DNA of 64,000 bases from the human T2T-CHM13v2.0 reference genome, Homo sapiens, in NCBI RefSeq assembly GCF_009914755.1, contig NC_060933.1. One strand, written 5' to 3'. A model generated the notes under the pieces. The model was not told the DNA's origin. It saw only the letters and a program-made list of their open reading frames with translations, and searched no databases. Both the position numbers and the translations under genes were made by a program. Positions 53,616-64,000 of the stretch are shown here, piece after piece (position 1 is the stretch's first letter; every line of letters begins with the position of its first letter).

Positions 53616-54524
53616 CATTGACTGCTTTTTAAAAGTTAAACCAATGTTCCATTCCTGGGATAATTCTTACTTGGTTGTGAAGTAGTAACTTTGTATATAC
53701 CTTTTGGGTTTGATTGCTGAAATTTTAAGAATTTTTGCATCTCTGTTTCAGAAGGATATTATCTACAATTTTTTAAAACGTTTTTGTCCAGTTTTGTTAT
53801 CAGGATAATCTGGACTTCATAGAATGAGTTCAAAATATTTCTTTTTGTTTGATTTTTTGGAAGAGTTTTTGTAAATTTTGTTGTTACAGGTTTGAAGGCA
53901 AATGCAGTCTTTTTAATTTCATCTTGGCTGGGAGAAGAAATCTGTTCTTTTAATTTCTTTTAAATGTTTTAAAAATCATTTATACATATACATAGCATAA
54001 AAATTCAAGTAGATCTTAATCAGGTATTTTAAATACAACCAGACATTATATTTATATTGTTTTATACATTTATTGAGATACGTTTGTTTAGATATATTGA
54101 CATGTTTTTCCTTTCTATTGTTCTTTATTTCTGCATCTCCAGACTCATACCTAGAATAATTTTATCTCCACCTGAAAAATGCCCTTTAGTGATTCATTTT
54201 ATTTCTTTTAGTGAAAGTTTGCTGGTGATGAATTCTATCAGATTTTTTTTTCTGGTCTGAAGAAATCTTTGTTTTACCTTCATTCTTGGAGTATATTGTG
54301 GCTGGAAAAGACATTCTAAGTTGGCGGTTATGTTAGCACTTTGAAGATACCATTCTAATGCCATCTATTTCCTTTGTGTTGTTCCATCAGCTGTCAACCT
54401 AATGGTTGTTCCTTTGAAGAAAATTTGTCTTTTTGGTTGTTCTTGTTGATAAAAGTGTTTTCTTCTTTTTATCTTTTTCTTTTTCTTCAGCTTCACTGAG
54501 ATGTTCCTGTGACTGGATTTCTTT

Positions 54525-54630
54525 TGATTTTCTTTTATTCTTCCTTTTAAAAAATAAAATAGATGGGGTCTTTCTATGTTGTCCAGGCTGGCCTTGAAAT
54601 CCTGGGCTCCACAAATCCTCCTGCCTCAGC
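54525..54630 (-). mobile_element. Truncated FLAM/AluJ left monomer, 12-bp TSD ctggatttcttt
   Basis: TSD at 54513-54524 and 54631-54642. Confidence 0.8.
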
Positions 54631-54684
54631 CTGGATTTCTTTGTATTTGTCCTGCTTCGTAGGGCTTCTTGAATCTGAGTCTTT

Positions 54685-56344
54685 TTTTTAAAAAAATAAA
54701 TTTTTATTTTAGATTTAGGGGGTACATATGCAGGTTTGTTACATGGGTATATTATGTGAGGCTGAGGTTTGGGGTATAAATGATTCTGTCACTCAGGTAC
54801 TGAGCACAGTACCCAATAGGTAGTTTTTCAGCCCTTATCCCTCATCCACTCTCTAGTAGTCTCCAGTGTCTACTGTTCCCATCTTTATGTCCATGTGTAA
54901 CCAATGCTTAGCTCCCACTTATAAGTGAGAACATGTATTTATTTTTCTGTTTCTGCATTAATTTGCCTAGAATAATGGCTTTCAGCTGCATCCATGTTGC
55001 TGCAAAGGACATAATTTTCTTCTTTTTTATGTCTGGATAGTATTCCATGGTGTATATGTACCACATTTTCTTTATCCAATACACCATTGTCAGGCACCCA
55101 AGTTGATTCCATGTATTTGCTATTGAGAATAGTGCTGCAATAAATGTACAAGTGCATATGTCTTTTTGGTAGAATTATTTATTTTTCTGTGGGTGTATAC
55201 CAAGTAATAGGATTGCTGGGTTAAATGACAGTTCTAAGTTCTTTAAGAAATCTCCAAAACTGCTTTCCACAGTGGCTGAACTAATTTACATTTCCACCAA
55301 CAATGTATAAGTCTTCCCTTTTCTCTGCAGCCTCACCAGTATCTGTTGTTTTTCACTTTTTAATGATAGCCATTTTGATATGTGTAAGATAGTATCTCAT
55401 TGTGGTCTTAATTTGCATTTTCTGATGATTAGTGATGTGGAGCATTTTTTCGTTTGTTTGTTGGCTGCTCGTATGTCTTCATTTGAGAAGTATCTGCTCA
55501 TGTCTTTTGCCCACTTTTTAATGGGGTTATTTTTCACTTGTTGAATTGGTTAAGTTCCTTATAGATTCTGGAAATTAGACCTTTGTCAGATGCATGGTTT
55601 GCAGATGTTTTTTCCCATTCTTTAGGTTGTTCATTTACTCTGTTGATAGTTTCTTTTGCCCTGCAGAAGCTCTTTAGTTTAATTAGGTCCTACCTGTCAA
55701 CTTTCATTTTTGTTGCAATTGCTTTTGAGGACGTAGTCATAAACTTCTTCCCAAGGCTAATGTCCAGAATGGAATTTCCTAGGTTTTCTTCGAGGATTCT
55801 TATAGTTTGAGGTCTTACATTTAAATCTTTAATCCATCTTAATTTAATTTTTCTATGTGGTGAAAGGTAGGGGTCCAGTTTTATTCTTCGTATGGCTAGG
55901 CCACTATCTCTGCGTCATTATACTGACTAGGGAGTCCTTTTCCCATTGCTTATTTTTGTCAACTTATCAAAGATCAGACAGCTGTAGGTGTGTGGCTCTA
56001 TTTCTGAGTTCTCTATTCTGTTCCACTGGTCTATGTGTCTGTTTTTGTACCAGTACCATGCTGTTTTGATTACTGCAGCCTTACAGTATAGTTTGAAGTT
56101 GGGTAGTGTGATGCTTCCAGTTTTGTTCTTTTTGCTTAGGATCACTTTGGGTATATGAGCTCTTTTTTGGTTTCATGTAAATTTTAAAATACTTTTTTCT
56201 AGTTCTGTGTAAAATGATGTTGGTAGTTTGATTGGAATAGTATTGAATCTGTACAGTGCTTTGGGCAGTACGGCCATTTTAACAATATTGATTCTTCCAG
56301 TCCATGAGATGGAATGTTTTTCTATGTGTTTGTGTCATCTATGA
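54685..56344 (-). mobile_element. L1PA15/16-like 3' fragment (about 1.66 kb), 16-bp TSD ttgaatctgagtcttt
   Basis: ORF2 remnant ([30 protein letters not shown]); TSD at 54669-54684 and 56345-56360. Confidence 0.9.
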
Positions 56345-59300
56345 TTGAATCTGAGTCTTTATGACATTCATAAGTTTGGGAAAGTTCTGAGATATAGCTT
56401 GTGTTCTATTCTTCTCCTCTTCTTTAAGAACTCAAGTTATGCTTTATTAGATATGTCATTGCATCCTTTAGTCATTCATCCTCTCTGCTCTATTTTTTAT
56501 TATTGTATCTCTTTGTGATGCATTATTGGAATTTTCTTACACCCTAACCAATTTATTAATTCTTCCTTCAACTATGTCCAATTACTATTCAACAGTTCAT
56601 CCAGTGAATTCTTGATATAGGTCTTTGTTATTTTAATAATTATTTTGTTATTTTTTTTTGGTTTCCAAGCCTCTTCTGAAATTTTCAGTTTTATCTTTTA
56701 AACACAGATATTTTAAAGTCTATATTGGATAAATCCAATATACGAAACCTCTCCATTTCTCTTCATATCGTCTGTTGTTTCCTCAGAATTTTGTTCAAGA
56801 TTTCTTTTTTTTTTATAATCCTGCTAGACATTATGTCCTAGGCATTGAATTTAAAATTTTGTGTATAGAAATAATCACAGACCTATGACAATATTACCTT
56901 CTTTCAAAGAATATGTGTATTTGCTACTGTTAAACTCCTGGTGTCTCTAGTTCTTCCAAAATAACACCGGACTCTAGTATTCTGGCATCAAAGTAAGTGG
57001 CTTTCATCAGGACAATTCCCACCACTTCTCTGCAGGCTCTGCACTAAGTACCATGAAGTTGACAATTGTGTACCACAGCCTCTCAGATATTCAGGTATAC
57101 CTTCTGCACCCAGAAAATGCCCCCAAAGTAAAGGTAACCCAAACACTGGGATTCCTTTCCAGGACCTCCATCTTGCCCTAGAATCTAGCCCAATAGTGTG
57201 TCACCATCTGGTTAGCAATTTTATATGTTTAAGAGATTTGTTTATATAAGTACCTTGTCCAGATATTACAGTTGTTCTTCACGAAAGGCTTCAGTCCAAA
57301 TTATTTGTTTTGCCATTACCATAATCAGAAGTTGGGAAACTTTCCTTTTTTTCTGACATTTTCTTCATTAAAAATTTGGATTAAATAATATTTCTATGTT
57401 ATCAGCTTATTTTTTTCTGTCAGTCACTTATACATGTCATCTTCTCTCTTCCTTTTCCATGATATTGTTTTTACTATGATATGTCTAAATGTTTATTCTT
57501 TTGTGGATTCAGTCTGATACCTTAATCTGGGTTTCATTGTTTTCATTAGTTTTGAAGATTTCTTAGTCTTTATTTTTATTAGACATACATTGGACCTTCT
57601 CACTCTAACCTCTGTATTTTTAAATCTATTTCAGAATTCCTATATCTTGATTTCCTCTGCTGCATCCTAGATAAATTTCTTATATCTATACTCTAGTCTA
57701 CTTAATCTCTATTCAGCTATTTTTAAATTTGCTGTTTGTTTTACACATTGAGTTTTTAATTTCAATGACTTTATTTTGTAGAGTTTAATTTGATCTTTTA
57801 AAAAACTTTGTGCTCTTTTTGGTATTGTCTTGTGTTGACTTTGATTAAAAAATAGCCTCAAATCATTGTTTAACTAAATAATTCAACAGAATTATAAGAT
57901 GGATTATGTCTTTATGCATAAATGAAAGAAGAAATTCTAAAGTTCTTCTTCTGGACTTACCATAAATATCTCAAAGTAATTTACCAATTTAAATAGTATT
58001 ACTTAGGCAAAACACATACAAGAACATTTGGAAGATACATTGCATAAAACACAGCAGTAATCTTCAAAGTTTGAATGTCTTAAAAGGCTTGTTTGTTTAA
58101 ATAACACTTCCAAGGGTGTGTTATGGAATAGAATAGGATTATACACTTATACAAATCTTTATATGGGAAAGAAGAATCATATTGAGATGATTTTGTAAAT
58201 GTTCTCAATTTACCACATAATCAGAACTAAATGCAAGACATAAAATTATATCTGTTCCTTTGTTACCTCGGAGGACGAAGGAACATTTTATTCTTTCTTT
58301 CTGATATTCCTTTGATAGACATTTGGGAGGGGCTGCAGTTTTAAGTCTAAGTGCTGAAACACTGACAATGAGTATGGAAGGAATAACTTTTTTTCCCCAC
58401 CCACACTACAGCCCAGGTTAAGAGCTATGATCATGTTGACTTCCCATCTAGGCATTCAGAGAACATATTTTTCTATTATATTCTTTCGTGACTGTAAGCT
58501 ATTCAAAGATGTGGCCTCTCAGTTCCTGCTTCCTCTTCATGCAACCCTGACTGCTCCCCTTACTTGGCTATTAAGCTATTTGGCTATTAAAGCTGAAAAT
58601 TCTCAAGGGCAGGAATAATTTGTTTACCGCCCAATTCTTAGTTTCCTCTTTGTTCTTTTGACTTCCTGAGATTTTCTTCCTTTCTTATCTAGCAAAGTAT
58701 GCATTTGATGGCTACTTATTATATTTGTATCTTGCATATTTAGCTGTGTTTTAGAAGAAGAATTTTCACATTCTCTAGCTTGCTATACTGAATGAAATGG
58801 AATTTTTTTTCAATCAGAAGAGAAAAACAGTCACAGTCATTTAAAGAAAAAAACCCATTGAGCTATAAATCTGCTAGATTTTTATGGGTCTCCATTTTGA
58901 GTTTGTATTTATTTTGTGAAACTTTTTCTTATGAATAGCAATTGATATTAGAAGATGTTCTTAGTTTCTTACATTATAGTTTTATTTTTGCTTAACTGTT
59001 ATGTAGATACATAAACGCATGTGTGTTGGAAGATCTTTCCTAATTTGAATCTGTTCTTTCACCTTTTCCCTTTTACAGACACTCTTGGTTAATTTACTGT
59101 TAAACATTACAAAATTATCTCAGTTTGTTATTTTTCCAATATAAAGTTTTATATTTGTATTTAGATAGAGTTCCACATTGAACCTAAATTCAAGCTAAAA
59201 TCCACTTCCATTGAGACATTTTTGGGTGTGTCTGGAATAATTACACATGGCCTATCAGGAGCATCTTTAAAGGATGGGATAAGATCTTCTTGGAAATAAC

Positions 59301-59943
59301 ACTCTCTAAATGAAGATAGCAGCAGATAAGTAAATTTGGGTCTGTAATATGCTTTGGTTGTCAGACATGAGAGTTGAATCTGATCATAACTGGTCGTTTG
59401 CTATTGAAATTTGCTTTCTGACCCAGCACCCTCTCTCCCAAAGATGGTCTCTAATTATAATGGTAGAAACAAAGTAGGCTGAAATTAATTAATAAAAAAG
59501 TGCTTAATTAATGAAAAATCATCCTCCATCATAGGCAGAGAAATTACAGGGGTGAGTGATTCATTTCTATTACCCACATGATAAAGAAAAATGCAAAAGG
59601 GAAGAGAGACATATTCTACCCACAGTGGCTTAGGGGCATTAATGGATCCAGAAAATACATTATCACTGGCATTTTTGAAGACTCCTGTATATTGCTCATG
59701 GCAGCAAAAATTCCCAGGAGATACGGTAACCAGGGAGATTTGATAGCAGCCAGGCTGCAGGGGGATATTGCAGCTTAGTAACCACCAAGAGTGAGATTGT
59801 ACCCTTGGCTCTAGTATCAGCTTTCTTACGTTGTAAATGATGGCAGCGAGGTACTGTCAGATGACTTTATGGAAGCAAAAACCATGGTAAGAACCCTTGC
59901 TAAAAAGAATGAATCAAGAAAGGAGAAGCAGATGAGACATCAC

Positions 59944-60150
59944 ATAGATTGGCAATTGCCAGGGGCTGCAGAGAGCGGAATAGAGAGAAACTGCTTAATA
60001 GGTTAGGGGTTTTACTTTGGAGTGATAGAAATGTTTTGGAACTAGATAAGGGTAGTGGCTGTAACACTTTGAGAATGTACTAAATGCCACTCAGCTGCTC
60101 ACTTTAACATGGTTAGTTTTATGTTATCTGAATTTCACTTCAATAAATTA
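59944..60150 (+). mobile_element. L1MB 3' end
   Basis: 'ttgccaggggctg...gaatgtactaaatgccact...gaatttcacttcaataaa'. Confidence 0.8.
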
Positions 60151-62899
60151 TTTTGAAAATGAGAAGCAGAGAGATACTCTTTCAAGTGTAACAACCCAAG
60201 ACCTACCCCAAATAATGGATGATTTTTTGATAGGTGATAGAGACTTTCCAACATCAGAGATATTAAAAGCCCAAGAAATACAGTTTTTATTATTTTGAAA
60301 CTGACTCAGCAATGGATGCACTGGGGAAATGTAAATTTCATACCATTTAAAATATTTTGTTCCCATGTTATATTGGTTCAATTGCAATTCTTAGATATTG
60401 TGATGATATAAATAATGATTAGCATGCATTGGATAGATCTTCAGGAATATTCTAAAAGGGTAAATTTTGTGTATATTTTTCATTATTTCTGATCATTTTC
60501 TGAAAAACTAAAGATGATTTATCTTATGTTCTCCCTCATTTAAAGACGAAAACAAAAGTAGCTATTAATTTATAATATTAATAAGTCATCCTCATTAGTT
60601 TTGGGAAGGGCCTGGACAAGATCCTGATAATTAGAAACTCATTTCTCTCTGAAATCAGATTACTAGAGCTTTAAAGAAAGGAATATCAATGTAGAATATG
60701 GGATTTAAACATTTAAAAAACAAATGGTATATGAACATAGGAAATAGTTTCCCTCAGGCGATAGTATCATGATCTGTCCTGGACCCAGATTTCAAAGCCT
60801 CCCTCTAAACCATTGGGAGATATTTATCCTATGATCTAACTTTCCTAGCCAAAAAAGTAATGGAACATTTCTTTCCCATATAGTCCGATATGAAGACTGA
60901 TTTCTTAAATAGATGGGTCATAAACTCCATAAACACGTATTATCTCCTAAAATTATCTGCAGGCACTCCGAACTATATCTTCAAGAAAATGAATGTCAAC
61001 AGTTCAAATTCTTGGAAAGGCTATGGTTCATTTAGGTTCACTTAGCATTAACAAGTTTATTTTCCATTTCCAAATAAGAAATTAGGTATTGAATCCAATC
61101 CCTCCAAACTGCAAAATTCTAAGAAGCACCCAACTAATGCCAAAAATACTGTTTTGTTGTTGTCGTTGTTTGGATTTTAAGAAGCATCCATGTTCATAGA
61201 TTCTACTTCGCTCTACAGAATTGCAAATTATTCATTCCTTACCACTTGACTCAAGTAGACTTCTCAGGGGAATTGAAATTGACATTATGTAACTATCCTT
61301 AATTCAATTACCATTTGAGGTCATCTGATGACTGACCCCTTAGAAATGTTTTTTATGTTTCTTCATATGTGAGCTGTCATTGATATGTGCATGGAAAAAT
61401 TATTTTACCGTAGTCAACATATGGAAAGTGGCTGGTGGAGTTCTCCCTCAAAAGTGTAAAATGGTAAATTCATAAAATTGTGTTAATAAAATAATTCTTT
61501 CTAAATACAAACCAAGGACAGAAAAACCTTGGTGCCTCAGTCTGTTGTAGGCATCTGGCATAGAAAAGGCATTTCACTCAATAACTCCATACTAAGTCCT
61601 GTGGCATTCTGGATTCATACCAATGAAATATCCAGCAGCTGATGATTCTATTCCATGTGCCTGGCATCCTACACTCCAGTGTTTTCAATTGTTGGAATCC
61701 TGTTCATCATCCCAAATCAAACTTTCAAAGAACTATGTTAACTAAAACACAAAGAGCAACAATGACAACTGGCAATTATTTCTAGCTATTGTGAACATGA
61801 TTCTGCTCTAAGTGCTTTATAAGTCTATGTCCAAAGTATTATTATTTCTTCCATTGTACAGATGAGAACACTAACGTTTGAAGAGGTCAATAATACCCCC
61901 AGAGTTCTACTGCCCTCCTAACCATTCCAAGTCAATTTAGTCCCTACCTCCTCTGACTGGCCACCCACTACAGAAATTTGATAATCTTATCTTGATGTAT
62001 CTCTTCATCTAGCTCCCATAAATACTCTGGCTCATCATTCTAGCACCATGTAAACTGAGAGAACAGCCTGCGTCACTCAGCTTTGTACCAAAAGTGGTGC
62101 AGAGGGAAGTGCTTTGCATATGATAGAATCTTTCATAATTATTTTCCCATTTTGAAAATTATTGACATTGATGTTAAAGAAAAGTACCTAGATTTGGGTA
62201 TAGACCACCCAGTATCTATTCAATGAATAGCTAATGATTTATTAGTTCTAAGTTTCCTGAGCAATAGTTCAACCTGAGTTGGCAGAGATAGAATACTCAT
62301 ATTATAGTTTAGAAGCAAGACTCCCAACCAGCATACTTGGTCCAAAGCATGAAAGTCATTAGAAAAAGTCATTTAGAAAGTCATTAATATCAAATTTTCA
62401 TTTACAAAACTATGCATGAGCTGCTTAACAAAACAAGAGACCTGGTGAGGGGCTTTTTTTTTTTTTTGGTTAATATACAAGGCTATTTCCACAAAACTTT
62501 ATATTTATTTGCCTTGTGAGATAAAGAGACCATGACTATATCACCTTGCCAGTGTTCTTAATTTGTGACAATTTTGTATCACTAGTTGTTTTTTTTTCCC
62601 TCTTAGTTTGAGGTTAATTTATTCTGTGATCACATTGTTATTCTGCCAACTTTGTTCTCATGGAATAAGTAAATATGTAGATGTTTTGGTGACTAGAAAA
62701 AGGTCATATTTCCTTCTCTCATCTCTAGTGAAAGAGACAGAAATTATGAGAATCGTTCATAATTCAGTTTGAAAGTAGAAAGCCCCAAAGAATTTTTACG
62801 GACTTTTCTTCCAAGAAAATATCATTGATATGTTATTTGATCATCTCCACATTTGGAAGCATATTCTTTACATCTCCGTTTAGTGTGGATTGGGCTGGT

Positions 62900-63340
62900 G
62901 TTCTTCTGCTAGGTAGACAATTGTTACTCCCTCTGAGGGAGAGGCTGCTACTTTCCCACCAAAATCGATGACCCTCATCTTCCATAGCAATAATACCGAG
63001 GCTGCCACATTACTGCACAGCACATTTCCAGAAGTTTAGCATGCCACTGCTTGGTCTGTGATTTCTGACATTGACTGTACCTCCTCCATGTTCTCTCGCT
63101 TTCCCACCAGCAAGAAGCTAGATGAGGTGGAAATTCAGGTCTGATCATATAAATAGTGACAGTGCCAAGTATATAGAAGGAATTTGGTCTATGAATGATC
63201 TCAAAGAATAAGGTTTTCCTGAAAACCTGGAGTGAACTCATATGGACCTTTATGGGAGAAAGACATGGGCTGCTCTGATCAATAGGTCACTGGATTTTGG
63301 ACATCATTTACAGTAGCTTAGTCTTGTCCTGACAAATACA
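62900..63340 (+). mobile_element. Old MLT1-type LTR (degenerate)
   Basis: 3' end 'tacagtagcttagtcttgtcctgacaaataca' resembles an MLT1 terminus. Confidence 0.45.
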
Positions 63341-63382
63341 CCTAGTCTGTGAGTGGATATCCCCATACTACAGGGATTATAA

Positions 63383-63662
63383 CACTAACACAAGAACAGA
63401 AAACCAAACACCGCATGTTCTCACTCATAATTGGGAGTTGAATAATGAGAACACATGGACACAGGGAGGGGAACAACATACATCGGAGCCTGTCAGGCGG
63501 TTGGGGGCTAGGGAAGGGAGAGTATTAGGAGAAATACATAATGGAAATGATGGGTTGATGGGTGCAGCAAACCACCATGGCACATGTATACCTATGTAAC
63601 AAACCTGCACGTTCTGCACATGTATCCCAGAACTTAAAATATAATTAAATAAATAAATAAAT
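63383..63662 (+). mobile_element. L1PA7-like 3' end with (AAAT)n tail
   Basis: 'accaaacaccgcatgttctcactcata...gtatcccagaactta'. Confidence 0.9.
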
Positions 63663-64000
63663 ATTTATCAGTTTCTTCTTTTCCCTATGAGTTTTTTATT
63701 TGCCCGGAATCGATTTTGTCTTTATGTTGTCCTAACACAATTTATTAAATGGTTCCTCTTCTGTCCCTCTTTCATTCTGTCATAAATTAATTTTTAATAC
63801 ATATATTACTTTGTTTCTGTTTTCTTTATTTGTTTGAACTCAATCTTTGCCCAAATATATATATTTAGTTTACATAATATGCATACAATTTTGTATACTG
63901 TTTATTTCAAAAGTTACAAAACCACTTTCCATATTTCCACACTGTTTTATAACTATAATATTTATGCCTACATACATTTTTACAACATGTGTTTTATTCA

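Noticed and set aside
62352-62386. Three AAAGTCATT copies
   Set aside because: Short AT-rich slippage with irregular spacing; no clear motif architecture.
62975-63241. 88-aa Trp/Cys-rich ORF; considered as a possible pseudogene
   Set aside because: No recognisable homology, and it overlaps a degenerate MLT1-like LTR.

Overview
This is AT-rich human genomic DNA; an L1HS-Ta insertion makes human origin very likely. It contains the 5' two-thirds of ALDH1A1 (cytosolic retinal/aldehyde dehydrogenase 1A1) on the minus strand. Coding exons 1-9 (codons 1-345) all have GT-AG boundaries and an intact frame, including Glu269 and catalytic Cys303. Exons 10-13 lie beyond the left edge. A CpG-poor promoter (GATA/ATAAA, octamer, CCAAT) sits at about 39.96-40.05 kb. 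The 24 kb upstream is dense in repeats: MaLR LTRs, an MST provirus remnant, L1s, Alus, MER82 and MER5. Other ORF-track entries are repeat-derived or chance. I found no evidence of a new protein-coding or multi-gene system. The best leads are: (1) a young, probably polymorphic L1HS-Ta insertion in intron 7, sense to the gene and carrying ATTAAA; (2) a 5'UTR splice acceptor plus same-strand upstream LTRs, a possible alternative promoter route; (3) two strong antisense splice donors inside exon 1; (4) atypical Alu insertions next to exons; (5) several compact transcription-factor motif clusters. Repeat subfamily calls were made by eye from remembered consensus sequences and need RepeatMasker/Dfam confirmation.
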